From contig DASSPM010000058.1 of the NCBI GenBank assembly GCA_035699625.1, forward strand, positions 3,078 through 67,077: DNA of 64,000 nt, written 5' to 3'. Both the position numbers and the translations under genes were made by a program. This document shows, piece after piece, positions 46,666-57,801 of this stretch (positions are counted from its first letter, which is position 1; every line of letters begins with the position of its first letter). The notes beneath the pieces are model-generated. The model did not search any database. It was not told where the DNA came from and saw only the letters and a program-made list of their open reading frames with translations. The stretch comes from Candidatus Limnocylindrales bacterium (GTDB lineage Bacteria; Chloroflexota; Limnocylindria; Limnocylindrales; CSP1-4).

Positions 46666-49629
46666 TCAGCGTCTGGCGCGTCGCTTGGCGTCCCGCAGGC
46701 GCGCCAGGGTGTCCTCCTCGCTCGGCGCCGCCGGCGTCGCTCCGGCCGGGGCTGCCGTCGACGTGCCCGGCTCGCTCACCGTTGCCGTGGCCGGCTCGCT
46801 CGCCGCCTGCGTGGCCGGGCCGGCGGGCACGGCCCCCTGCGTGGCCGCCGGGGACTGGGCCGGTGCCCCTGCCTCCGCGCCGCCCAGGTCCTCTTGCCGG
46901 AGCAGCGCTGCGCGCGTCCGACCCCCGGCGGCACGCTCCTTGGCGGCGAGCATGCCGCCCACCGCCGCGGTCCGGCGTGCCGGACCGCGCAGCTCTCGCC
47001 AGCGCTCGACGAGCCAGGCGCGCGCCGCGGCCGTCTCGCGCCGGGAGATCGAGACGCGCCGCACGGCGACGTCCAGTGGCCAGAGCAGAAGGGCGAGCAG
47101 GAGCAGCGGCGGCCACAGCTCGACCGAGGCGCTGGTGGTGCGCAGATCGTGGCGCCAGACCTCCTCCGGCAGCGTCACGGGCCGCCCGCCCGTGGCCGCA
47201 CGAAGGGCAGCCAGCAGGCGCTCGTTCGTGCCCAGCAGGCGGTACTCGGCGGGCGTCTGCGCGACCAGGCCCACGGTCCGGCCGAGCGGTGAAGCACCGG
47301 GTCGCGCCTGGATGACGCGCAGAGCGTAGGCGCCCGGGTCGAGCGTGCCCAGGGAAGCCTCGTAGAGGCCCGGCCCGACCTGGGTCAGCCGCACCACCGA
47401 CGAGGTCAGGTCCGGTCGGACCATGGTGGCCGTCGTCTCGTAGAAGTCGCGCGGCGTACCGTCGCTCTCGACGGATCGGATGCGCAGCCGGGTCCGGTCG
47501 CCGTCGGCCACGAACTCGGCCTCGATGCCCGCCGTCTCCTCGCCCGGGAAGGTCCACTTCACGAGCTGGCTGAAGAAGCGGTTGAAGCCGCCCCAGGCGA
47601 CCCAGTCCCGGGCCCAGCGGCCGGAGGCGTCGCTGGTCCAGGCCACCGAGCGCCCGAGACCGTACTGCCACTGCGCCAGAAGGGGGTCGTCGCGCGCCGT
47701 CACGAGCACCGTCTGGGCGGCCGCCTTGGCGGTCGTGCCGTTGTAGCCGAGGAGGCGGGGCAGGCCGGCATCGAGGCCCTTGAGGATGGGCGAGCTGCCG
47801 GTGACGATGGGGAAGAAGGCCTCCTCGACGATCTGCTGCCCGGCGACCTGCTGGGTCTCCTTGAGGAAGATGTCCGGGATGGCGGCCGGGTTGGCGGCCG
47901 GGTAGTAGCGGCCGCCGCCGCGCTCGGCGAGGGCGCGCAGCAGGTCCGCCGAGCCGCCCCCGGCGCCGACCGTGCTGAGCGTGATGCCGGCGGCCTTCAT
48001 GCGCACCAGCAGCGCCTCGTAGTCGCCCTGGTTCGACCAGCCATCTGTGAGCAGGATGACGTGCCGCCGCTTGGCGACCGTCTTCTCGAGCGAGTCGACC
48101 GCTTCGGAGAGGCCGGCGAAGATGTTGGTCTGGCCGTCGGCGGTGATGCCCGCGATCTTCGACTCCACGTCGCCCACCTGCGCCAGCGGCGCGGTGCGGA
48201 TGGCCCAGCCGGCGTTCTCGTTGAAGGTGACCACGCCGAGCTGGTCGCGCGGCGTCATGGCGGCCACGGCACGCAGGATGGCCTCCTTGCCGATGTCCAC
48301 CTTGGGCACGCCCTGGATCGCGGTGCCCTGGTCGCGGCTGGCCGTGTTGCAGTGGCAGGCGGCCATCGAGCCCGAGCGGTCGAGCACCACCACCAGCGCC
48401 ACGTCGGGCTCCTTCTGGCGATCGCGCACGTCCATCTCGACCGGCAGCGCATCCTCGAGGGGTGTCTTCTTATAGCCGCCCGCGCCGTACGAGCGGGGCC
48501 CGCCGACCATCACCAGCCCGCGCCCCAGGTCTCGCGTGAACGACTGCAGGGCGAGCATCTGGGGCCGGGTCAGCCGTCGGGCGGGGGCGTCGACGAGCAC
48601 GAGCGAGTCGTAGGCGGCCAGCGAGGTCAGGTCGTGCGGCAGCGCCTCGGGCACGATGCTGTCGACGTCCTGCCGTTCAGCCTTCAGGGCGGCCACCAGG
48701 TTGGCCGCCACCTTTGCGTCGCCGGCCACCACGAGCGTGCTCGGCTCGCCCTTGACGATGGTGTCGGAGTCGCCCCGGTCGTTCTGGGCGAAGGTGTCGC
48801 GCGCGGCCTCGACCACCACCCGGAAGGTGTGGAAGCCGGCCTCGCGGGCTCGCACGCGAAAGACGACGGTCTGGGTGCCGGCGACGAGCCCGACCCGCCT
48901 CGAGTCGAGCGGCTGGCCATCCCCGAAGAGGCGCACCGTGGCCGGCTGCGCCACGGTCGAGCGGATGGTGGCCTCGACCTCGATCTCCTCGCCCACACGA
49001 GCCGTGTTCGGGGTGTGCACCCGCTCCACGACCACCTCGGCGGCGTCGGCGCCTGGGCCGACCACGTGCGTCTCGATCTGCACGCCGCGCGCAGCCGTCA
49101 GTGCCGCCTCCGTCTGGCCGCGCCCGGTGGTGTCGTTGCCGTCGCTGACGAGCACGATGCGCTTCTGGGTCTCGTCAGGGAAGAGGGCCGCGGCGAGGCG
49201 CAGCGCGGCCCCCACGTCGGTCGCGTTCCGGACCGGCACGGAGGCGATGCGCTCGAGCTCCTGCGGCTCGCCGGGCAGCCGCTCGACGAGCGCCTGGCGA
49301 CCGAAGGCGACGATGCCGGCGCGGTCGCCATCGGGCGCGTCCTCGATGGCTTCCCGGACGAAGTCGAGCGCGGCCGCCCGCCCGGCCGTGCCGACGCTGT
49401 CGGAGAGGTCGACCACGAAGACGGTCGTCAGCCGGTCGATGGGCAGCGCCAGCTGGAGGCCGGCCAGGGCGAAGACGAGCGCCGTGATGACGGCCGCGCG
49501 GAGGGCGAGGCCGACGGCTCGCCGGCGGCGCGACAGGTGGTGCCGCGCCGCGCGGCTCAGCAGCAGCGTCAGGCCGAGCGTCGGCAAGAGCAGCCAGAGC
49601 GCGAGCGGCTCGGCGAAGGTGACGCCCAT
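46666..49629 (-). CDS. Large BatA-like membrane protein with von Willebrand factor A (VWA) domains (988 aa)
   Basis: BatA-type N-terminus MGVTFAEPLALWLLLPTLGLTLLLSRAARHHL. VWA MIDAS-like DxSxS (VVDLSDSVG; VLDRSGSM). C-terminal TM plus Ala/Pro/Thr-rich tail. Start overlaps the upstream stop (ATGA). Confidence 0.8.
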   Translation of the reverse strand: MGVTFAEPLALWLLLPTLGLTLLLSRAARHHLSRRRRAVGLALRAAVITALVFALAGLQLALPIDRLTTVFVVDLSDSVGTAGRAAALDFVREAIEDAPDGDRAGIVAFGRQALVERLPGEPQELERIASVPVRNATDVGAALRLAAALFPDETQKRIVLVSDGNDTTGRGQTEAALTAARGVQIETHVVGPGADAAEVVVERVHTPNTARVGEEIEVEATIRSTVAQPATVRLFGDGQPLDSRRVGLVAGTQTVVFRVRAREAGFHTFRVVVEAARDTFAQNDRGDSDTIVKGEPSTLVVAGDAKVAANLVAALKAERQDVDSIVPEALPHDLTSLAAYDSLVLVDAPARRLTRPQMLALQSFTRDLGRGLVMVGGPRSYGAGGYKKTPLEDALPVEMDVRDRQKEPDVALVVVLDRSGSMAACHCNTASRDQGTAIQGVPKVDIGKEAILRAVAAMTPRDQLGVVTFNENAGWAIRTAPLAQVGDVESKIAGITADGQTNIFAGLSEAVDSLEKTVAKRRHVILLTDGWSNQGDYEALLVRMKAAGITLSTVGAGGGSADLLRALAERGGGRYYPAANPAAIPDIFLKETQQVAGQQIVEEAFFPIVTGSSPILKGLDAGLPRLLGYNGTTAKAAAQTVLVTARDDPLLAQWQYGLGRSVAWTSDASGRWARDWVAWGGFNRFFSQLVKWTFPGEETAGIEAEFVADGDRTRLRIRSVESDGTPRDFYETTATMVRPDLTSSVVRLTQVGPGLYEASLGTLDPGAYALRVIQARPGASPLGRTVGLVAQTPAEYRLLGTNERLLAALRAATGGRPVTLPEEVWRHDLRTTSASVELWPPLLLLALLLWPLDVAVRRVSISRRETAAARAWLVERWRELRGPARRTAAVGGMLAAKERAAGGRTRAALLRQEDLGGAEAGAPAQSPAATQGAVPAGPATQAASEPATATVSEPGTSTAAPAGATPAAPSEEDTLARLRDAKRRARR

Positions 49630-51713
49630 CAGCGACGGGCTCCGCGCTGGGGCCTGCGCAGCGCCGGCCGTGCCGCCAGCGCCGTGCGCAGCCCGCCCAG
49701 GATGCGCCGGGCGCCGTCCCGCTCGTAGACCAGCCACTCGACCAGGAGCAAGACCAGCAGGAGCAGCGCCAGCAGCGGCCAGAACTCGTCGCGCGCCGTG
49801 CCCGCGGTGACCGCGCCGGGGGCGCGCGCGGTGCCCAGTGCCTCGATGCGCCGGCCGTCGCCGGGAGCGATGTTGGACTCGCGCTCGTCGAAGAGGTCGA
49901 CCGCGAAGACGATCTCCTCGGTGCCGCCGGCGCCCGCGCCAGGACTTCCCGATGGGCTGGCCGTCGGCGTCGTCGTGGCTGCCGGCGCGGGGTTGCCGCT
50001 GGGAGCGGTCGTCGGTGCCGGGCGCACCGGCACCGCGTGATAGACGCCCAGCGTGTCGGTGCCCACGAAGGTGACGCTCGCGGCGCCCATGGCACCCGGC
50101 ACGAGCTCGACGACGCTGCCGTCGGGCCGGGTGACCCGCACCGACGTGGCGCCGCCCGGCAGCGGCAGCTCCACGGGCGTGCCGGGGGCCAGCGGCTCGC
50201 TCCGCGCGGCGTCTCGGCCGAGCAGCTCGCCGGCCAGGTTGGCGGCAAGGACCGGCCAGGCCACCTGCAGCGGCAGGTCGCTCTGGCGCAGGTCGAAGCC
50301 GAGCACGGCCGTAGGCAGGCCGCGCCGCAGGCCGGCGTAGAGGAGCGGTGCACCGCGCGGACCCGGGATGACGCTGCGCGCCCACTCTGGCAGCGCCATC
50401 TCCTGGGCCCGGGCCACGTGCAGGCGAGTCAGGTCCACGTTGCGCAGCAGCGGCTCGCCGGGGGGCAGCTCACCGATGGCCGGGTCGCGCAGCGAGCCCA
50501 AGACGCTGCCCAGGGGGCTGCTGGCGGGCGGCGCGATGGCCAGGATCGGCTTGTCGGGCAGCGTCGGCGGCAGCCAGCCGTCGAAGACGATGAGGTCGAA
50601 GCGTTCCTTGCCCGTGGTGGCGGCGTACTCGCTCGGTGTGGCACCGTACAGCTCGACCTGCGGCAGCAGCGCCAGAGCGTTCTGGAGGTAGACGTTGCCC
50701 TGGCCGACGAGCAGCACGTGCTGCAGGCGGCTGGCCGGCACGACCGCCCAGGCGCGATCGTCGAGGGCGAGCAGGTCGCTGCCGCCGCCGGCGGGCGGCG
50801 AGGCGCGACCACCAGCTGCGGACTCGACCGGGCCGAGGCGGGCCTCGACCACACCCGTCCCCTCGGGCAGCTCGCCGATGACGATCTCGGTGCGGCGCAG
50901 GCCGTCGAGCAGGATGTCGCGCGCCGTGACCGGCACGCCGTCGGCGAGGATCTGCAGGCGGCGCGTGACGCGCGCCGCGTCGAGGTTGGCGATACTGACG
51001 AAGACGCTCCGCTCGACGCCGCTCGGGTCGGCCTGCACGGCCAGCGCGGCGATGGCCTGGTTGCGCCGCTCGCGACCGACGGCGATGACCCGCACCGGCA
51101 CGGCCAGCTTGACGGCGGGGGCCTCCGAGAAGGCGTCGTCGGTGACGACCAGGACCTCGGCCGCCCGGGCGCGCGCAGCGAGTGCGTCGGCCATGCGCAG
51201 GCCGTCGGCCAGGTCGCCACCGGCGGTGGAGGCCTCGATCGACTCGATGAGTCGCGTCAGCCGGTTCCGGTCGGTGAGCTCGTTGGCCACCAGGCGCGCG
51301 CTGCCCGCGGCGGCCACCACGCTGACCCGCCCGCCGGCCGGCAGCTCCGCGAGGGCCTCGATGGCAGCCCGCTTGGCGGCGCCCAGGCGGTCGGGGAAGA
51401 CGTCCGTGGCGCGCATGCTGGCCGAGGCATCGACGACCAGCACCACGTCGCCGGCAAGGCCGGCCGGCCGCTCGCCGAAGGGGCGTGCCACGACGAAGGC
51501 CAGCGCCGCCGCGGCCAGCAGCTGGAGCAGCAGCAGGAGCGAGCGGCGCAGTCGCTGCCAGGGCGCGTTCGCCTCCACGTCCCGCACCAGCTGCTGCCAC
51601 AGGAAGGTGCTGCTGACGGTCCGCTCGTCGCGCCGCAGCCGCAGCAGGTAGAAGGCGACGATGAGCGGTAGGAAGAGGAGCCCGAGCAACCCCAGGGGCG
51701 CCAGGAACGGCAT
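49629..51713 (-). CDS. BatA-type VWA domain membrane protein (694 aa)
   Basis: MPFLAPLGLLGLLFLPLIVAFYLLRLRRDERTV: classic BatA N-terminal double-TM. VWA motif VVDASASM. C-terminal TM. Confidence 0.85.
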   Translation of the reverse strand: MPFLAPLGLLGLLFLPLIVAFYLLRLRRDERTVSSTFLWQQLVRDVEANAPWQRLRRSLLLLLQLLAAAALAFVVARPFGERPAGLAGDVVLVVDASASMRATDVFPDRLGAAKRAAIEALAELPAGGRVSVVAAAGSARLVANELTDRNRLTRLIESIEASTAGGDLADGLRMADALAARARAAEVLVVTDDAFSEAPAVKLAVPVRVIAVGRERRNQAIAALAVQADPSGVERSVFVSIANLDAARVTRRLQILADGVPVTARDILLDGLRRTEIVIGELPEGTGVVEARLGPVESAAGGRASPPAGGGSDLLALDDRAWAVVPASRLQHVLLVGQGNVYLQNALALLPQVELYGATPSEYAATTGKERFDLIVFDGWLPPTLPDKPILAIAPPASSPLGSVLGSLRDPAIGELPPGEPLLRNVDLTRLHVARAQEMALPEWARSVIPGPRGAPLLYAGLRRGLPTAVLGFDLRQSDLPLQVAWPVLAANLAGELLGRDAARSEPLAPGTPVELPLPGGATSVRVTRPDGSVVELVPGAMGAASVTFVGTDTLGVYHAVPVRPAPTTAPSGNPAPAATTTPTASPSGSPGAGAGGTEEIVFAVDLFDERESNIAPGDGRRIEALGTARAPGAVTAGTARDEFWPLLALLLLVLLLVEWLVYERDGARRILGGLRTALAARPALRRPQRGARR

Positions 51714-51722
51714 CGCCGCGCC

Positions 51723-52667
51723 TCAGGCCACGACGCGCCGGCGGCGGAGCTCGGCGAAGACCAGGTCCGCCAGCGGCAGCGTCGTGGGCACCGGCACGTA
51801 CGCCGCGCGGCGCCGGTTGCAGTGCGCTTCGAGGGCCGCCTGCCACGCCGCCAGGCGGGCCTTGTAGTCGTCGAGCGCGGCCAGGTCGGCGGTCACGTCG
51901 ACGCCGCGGCCGGTCTCGCGGTCGACCAGGTGGAGCTCACCCTCCAGCGGCGGGTCGAGCTCATCGGGGCTCAGCACGTGGAGCACGGCCACCTGCGAGC
52001 GTGTCCCGGCCAGCTCGCTGATGGCCCGCTCGGCGTCCGCGTCGAAGAGGTCGCTGATGAGCAGCAACGGCCCGCGCTGCGTGAGCTGCGCGGCGTAGTG
52101 GCGGGCGGCCGCGGCGAGGTCGGTCGGGCCGGGTGCGGCGCGGATGCCCGAGAGGTCGGCGAGCACGCGGAAGACCCGGTCCGTGCCGCGTACGGCGGGC
52201 AAGCGCCGCGCCACGCGCCCCTGCAGCACGGCCATGCTGACCCGGTCGTAGGAGGCCAGGCCGACATAGGCCAGGGCGGCCGCCGCACGCTTGGCGAAGA
52301 TGAGCTTGTCGGGCGCGCCGCCCTCCATCGAGCCCGAGCCGTCGAGAAGGATGTGGACGGTCACGTCCTCCTCCTCGATGAAGAGCTTGATGAAGAGCTT
52401 CTCGAGACGCGCGTAGATGTTCCAGTCGAGGGTGCGCAGGTCGTCGCCCAGGCTGTAGTCGCGGTAGTCGGCGAACTCGACCGAGATGCCCCGCTTGGTG
52501 CTCCGCCGGACGCCCTTCAGGCCACCGCGCACGGCGGCGCGCGTGACCAGCATGAGCCGCTCCAACTGACGCAGGAACGCCTCGTCGAAGACCGTCGGAT
52601 CGACCGCCGAGGGCAGCAGGTCGGGGCGCGCCGGCTGCCCGGCGACTCCCGGACGGGGCTCGCTCAC
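51723..52667 (-). CDS. DUF58 family protein (MoxR-associated VWA-like)
   Basis: VEFADYRDYSLGDDLRTLDWNIYAR: DUF58 hallmark. Confidence 0.85.
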   Translation of the reverse strand: MSEPRPGVAGQPARPDLLPSAVDPTVFDEAFLRQLERLMLVTRAAVRGGLKGVRRSTKRGISVEFADYRDYSLGDDLRTLDWNIYARLEKLFIKLFIEEEDVTVHILLDGSGSMEGGAPDKLIFAKRAAAALAYVGLASYDRVSMAVLQGRVARRLPAVRGTDRVFRVLADLSGIRAAPGPTDLAAAARHYAAQLTQRGPLLLISDLFDADAERAISELAGTRSQVAVLHVLSPDELDPPLEGELHLVDRETGRGVDVTADLAALDDYKARLAAWQAALEAHCNRRRAAYVPVPTTLPLADLVFAELRRRRVVA

Positions 52668-52689
52668 GTGACCGGCGGACGTGCCGCCG

Positions 52690-53714
<1,025 letters not shown>

Positions 53715-53718
<4 letters not shown>

Positions 53719-55616
53719 TGCGGATCGAGCGAGGCGAAGTAGTCCCGCACGTAGTCCCTGATGCCCAGCGGCACGTAGCTCCGCTCGAGGCTGGTCAGGG
53801 CGAAGTCAGCGAAGTCCTGGTAGACCTGCGTGTACGGCAGCAGGGTCGGGTTGCGCGTCCCCTGGCCGGTGCCGTTGCCCTGCTGCTGCTGGCCGTCGCC
53901 GCCGGTGCCGCGGACGTAGGAGGGATCGCCCGGCTTGCCCAGCCGGTCGAAGTCGGCCAGGACCGGATCGATCTGGCCCGTGCCGAACTGGCGGTTGCCC
54001 TGGGTCGGGCCGCGGAAGCTTCCGCTGCGGTTGCCGCTTCCGAGGAAGCGTGCGTTCGTGCCGCCGCCTGCGCCCAGCTGGCCCTGGCCAGGCTGGTTCC
54101 CCTGGCCGGGTTGCTGTCCCTGGCCAGGCTGGTTCCCCTGCCCAGGCTGCTGGCCCGGCCCCGGCTGCTGCCCCTGCCCAGGCTGCTGCCCCGGCCCCGG
54201 CTGCTGCCCCTGCCCCGGCTGTTGCCCCTGCCCAGGCTGTTGCCCCTGCCCAGGCTGCTGGCCCGGCCCCGGCTGTTGCCCCTGCCCCGGCTGTTGCCCC
54301 TGCCCCGGCGGTTGCCCCTGCCCCGGCTGCTGCCCCTGCCCCGGCTGCTGACCCTGCCCCGGCTGCTGCCCCTGCCCAGGCTGCTGACCGGGCTGGTTGC
54401 TTTGCTGCCCCCGACGCCCGGCATCGGCAAGCCGGCGACGCGCCTCCTGGAGCTCGTTCGCGGCGCGGGCCATGTCGCGCTGCTGCTCGACCCGCTGCTG
54501 CTCGCGCTCGAGCGACTCGCCCAGGCGCCGCAGCGCCTCCTCTGCCGACTCAAGGTCGCCGCGGGCGAGCGACTGCGCGGCGTCGCGCAGCGCCTGCTGC
54601 GTCTCGGCGCCGGACTCGCGTGCCGCGCGCTCGAGGCCGGCCAACTGCTCGGCCAGTTTGCGCTGCTCGGCGGCCGTCTTGCCCTTGAGGCCGTCGGCCA
54701 TGCGCTCGAGATCCTGACGCGCTTGCTTCGGGTCGCCCTTCGGGTTGCTGTCCTGGCCGGTGCTGGCACGGCTGAGCGATCGGGCCAGCGTCGTCAGCGC
54801 CGCGGCGCGCTGCTCGTTGGCCGGGTCGAGGCCGGCGCGCAGCGAGTCCTCCAGCGAGCCCAGCCGTGCGAGCAGCGCCTCCAGGTCCTCGGGCCGCTCG
54901 CGCAGCTGGCGCACGATGCGCTTCAACTCCTCGGAAAGCTGTGTCCGCGGATCCGTCGCCGTGCGTCCCTCGGCCAGCTTCTTGGCCGTCTCCTCGAGCC
55001 GCTTCGCCTGTTGTTCCGCGGCTTGGCGCAGCCGCTGGCGATCGGCCAGCACGTCGTTCTGAACGTTGGGCAGCGCGATGGCGGGCACCAGCAACAGGAG
55101 GGCGACGGCGGCCGCGGTCAGCGGCCGCCGCTCCAGGCGCGGCCGGAATGCCCGCCGGTCGGCGATGTGGAGCGTGCGCAGCGCGTCGGAGCGCTGCAGG
55201 CGCACGAGTCGTGCGTAGCGCCCGGCCTCGTCGCCCGGTATGTCGACCGCATCGCTGGCATCTCTGGCCATGGCCAGCTCGGGCCAGCGCGCCGCCAGTT
55301 CGAGGGCGCTGGAGAGGCGGTCCCGCAGGCCCTGTTCGCCGTCCAGCGCGAGGGCGGTCTCGTGCAGCGTCGGGCGCACGCGTACGGCATCTGCGAAAAG
55401 CGCCACGCCCGCCACGGTCATCAGAGCGATGGCGGCGGCGGGATACCAATCCAGGGGCGTGAGCCGGGCGGCGAGCGCGAGTGCCAGCTCCAGCACCGCC
55501 AGCACCGCCAGCCCGACCATGGCGTCGCGTACGACACGCCGCAGCCAGAGGCGCCGGCGGTACGGCGCCAGGCCGCGGCGGATGTCGAGCAGGACCGGGT
55601 CGGGACCCATGGTCAT
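53715..55616 (-). CDS. N-terminal double-transmembrane, coiled-coil protein with long (QQPGQG)n array (BatD/TIGR02226-like context protein)
   Basis: Two N-terminal TM helices. Gln/Arg/Glu/Ala-rich coiled coil. About 19 tandem hexapeptide QQPGQG repeats. Conserved C-terminal block DYVRDYFASL. Start overlaps the upstream permease stop. Confidence 0.75.
54072..54398 (-). repeat. About 18-19 tandem copies of an 18-nt unit (ccctgcccaggctgctgc-like) encoding (QQPGQG)n, in frame, inside CDS 53715..55616
   Basis: Direct reading of the near-perfect 18-nt periodicity. Variant units encode QPGPGQ/NQPGQG. Confidence 0.9.
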
Positions 55617-56833
55617 GGCGCTGCCTCGTCAGACGGCCGCCTGGACTCGCCCGCAACGCCCCTCGTCATCACCCGCCCGGCACGCCGGAAGGGGACAGCC
55701 CGCAGCAGGCGCGAGCGGCGGGTCGGGGCGACGAGCTGTGTCGAGGCGACCGTGAGGACCAGGCCGAGCAGGGTGTAGGAGATGGCGACCTGCGGCCAGA
55801 TGAGGTCGCGCGGCATACTGAGGTCGAGCCGTGGATCGACGGCGACGACGCCCGGCTTGGCGCAGTCTGCGTTCGGTGGGCAATTGACCACCACGCCGCC
55901 ATCATCGAGCACGCCTCCGGCCTCGACCTTCGTGCCGCCGAAGTAGGGCTTGCCGACGATGGCGCTGACCATGAGGCAACTCCGGTCGTAGGTGCCGGGC
56001 AGGGCGGTACCGCACATCAGGTCCAGGTCGCCCGCCAGCGGGTTGAGCCAGAGCAGCTGCTGCGGCGGTGCCTTCTGGTTGGCTGCGGCCAGCACAGTCC
56101 CTGTGGCCAGGCTGCCGCCCGCGAGGCTCTGCAGGAACATCCAGACGACCAGCGTGCCCAGGGTGAGGCACAGCACGGCCACGTAGGTGATGACCGTGGC
56201 CAGCTGCGTGCGGCGCACGAGGGCCGAGAAGAAAAGGCCGACGGCGCCCATGCCCATGGCCAGCGCGAAGAGCAGCAGGTAGGCCCGCACCAGGTCGTCC
56301 GGCCCGACGCCACCGAAGGTGAAGACGATGCTGGCAAGGGGGATCGAAGCGACGATCAGGAGGAAGACGTAGGCCAGCGCCGAGAGGAGCTTGCCGACGA
56401 CCATAGCCACTGTGCCGAGGGGCGTCGCCACCAGCAGGTCGAGCGTTTGCTTCTCGCGCTCCAACGAGAAGGCGCTGGCGGTGAAGGCCGGCGCGAGCAC
56501 CAGCACCAGCATCGTCTCGAGCACGACGAGGCCGCTGAAGATGGCCTGTCCGATGGCCGCCGAGCGGCCCGTCTGGAGCGGGCTCGACGAGCCGCCGAAG
56601 AGCCAGCTGAACATGCTCAGGTCGCCGCTGCGCTGGAGCTCGTAGATGCCCCACGAGAAGAGGCTGAGCAGGGCGAGGTAGATGGTCACCACGACGAAGG
56701 CCCGCCGGTCGCGCATGCGTCCCCGGAGCTCCTTGATGCCGACGGCGTTGACGCCGGACCAGAAGCCGCTGAGCCCGCGCAGCAGCCGGGCAAGGGCACG
56801 CGGCGCGCTGAAGCGAGCGGCGCCGGCGCTCAT
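55613..56833 (-). CDS. ABC-2 family transporter permease
   Basis: Six predicted TM helices. ATG 56833 overlaps the ATPase stop (ATGA). The 843-aa track ORF is a read-through artefact. Confidence 0.75.
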   Translation of the reverse strand: MSAGAARFSAPRALARLLRGLSGFWSGVNAVGIKELRGRMRDRRAFVVVTIYLALLSLFSWGIYELQRSGDLSMFSWLFGGSSSPLQTGRSAAIGQAIFSGLVVLETMLVLVLAPAFTASAFSLEREKQTLDLLVATPLGTVAMVVGKLLSALAYVFLLIVASIPLASIVFTFGGVGPDDLVRAYLLLFALAMGMGAVGLFFSALVRRTQLATVITYVAVLCLTLGTLVVWMFLQSLAGGSLATGTVLAAANQKAPPQQLLWLNPLAGDLDLMCGTALPGTYDRSCLMVSAIVGKPYFGGTKVEAGGVLDDGGVVVNCPPNADCAKPGVVAVDPRLDLSMPRDLIWPQVAISYTLLGLVLTVASTQLVAPTRRSRLLRAVPFRRAGRVMTRGVAGESRRPSDEAAP

Positions 56834-57801
56834 GGCCTGAATTCCTGCGCGGCCAGGGCTGCCTCGCGGTCGGTGATCTGGAAGAAGAGCTCCTCGAGGT
56901 CGCTGGCACTGCGCGCGAAGCTGGCGATGCGATGACCGCCGATGACAGCGCGCGCGAGCAATCCGGCGGCTTGGCCGTCGTCGCCGCGGAAGGCCAGCTC
57001 CAGCCGGCCGCTCGGCTGCCGCTCGACGGCCGCGACGTCCGGCTGACCGGCGAAGAAGGCGACCGCTCGTGCCACCGCCTCGTCGTCGCCCATGACCTGC
57101 ACGCGCAAGACCGCGCCGGCCCGCAGCCGTTGCTCGATCTCGGCCACGCTGCCGCTGGCCAAGACCCGGCCACGGTCGATGATGGTGACCGAGTCGCACA
57201 GCTCCTCCAGCTCCTGCAGGATGTGGCTGCTGATGAGGATCGTCTTGCCCAGCGTGCGCAGCTCCCGCAGCAACTCGCGCAGCTCGACGCGCGAGCGCGG
57301 GTCGAGGCCGGAGGCGGGCTCGTCGAGGAGGAGCACGGCCGGGTCGTGGACGAGGGCGTGGGCCAGGCAGAGTCGCTGCTGCATGCCACGGCTGAGGCCG
57401 GCCACGTATGCCTCGCGCTTGTCGGCCAGGTCCACCAGCTCGAGCAGGTCGCCGATCATGCGACGCCGGCGGGCGGCCGAGAGACCGTAGCAGCGGCCGA
57501 AGAAGTCGAGGTACTCCCAGGCGCGCATGTCGTCGTAGACGCCGAAGCTGTCGGGCATGAAGCCGATGACGCGCCGCACGGTGTCCGGTTCCCGGCGCAC
57601 GTCGACGCCGGCGATCTCCGCCTCGCCCGCGGTCGCCTCGAGCAGCGTGGCCAGGATGCGCAGCGTGGTCGTCTTGCCGGCACCGTTGGGGCCCACGAGG
57701 CCGTGGATCTCGCCGGCCTCGACGGCCAGGTCGATGCCGGCGACGGCGAGCGTGTCGCCGTAGCGCTTGACGAGGCCCTGGATGACGACGGCGGTGGTCA
57801 C
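56830..57801 (-). CDS. ABC transporter ATP-binding protein
   Basis: Walker A GPNGAGKTT, signature LSRGMQQRL, Walker B LLLLDEPASGLD. Confidence 0.9.
   Translation of the reverse strand: MTTAVVIQGLVKRYGDTLAVAGIDLAVEAGEIHGLVGPNGAGKTTTLRILATLLEATAGEAEIAGVDVRREPDTVRRVIGFMPDSFGVYDDMRAWEYLDFFGRCYGLSAARRRRMIGDLLELVDLADKREAYVAGLSRGMQQRLCLAHALVHDPAVLLLDEPASGLDPRSRVELRELLRELRTLGKTILISSHILQELEELCDSVTIIDRGRVLASGSVAEIEQRLRAGAVLRVQVMGDDEAVARAVAFFAGQPDVAAVERQPSGRLELAFRGDDGQAAGLLARAVIGGHRIASFARSASDLEELFFQITDREAALAAQEFRP

Noticed and set aside
54072-54398. Possible CRISPR array (regular 18-nt periodicity)
   Set aside because: Units are contiguous with no spacers. The period is too short. The array is in frame inside a protein-coding gene and encodes (QQPGQG)n. 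No cas genes are present.
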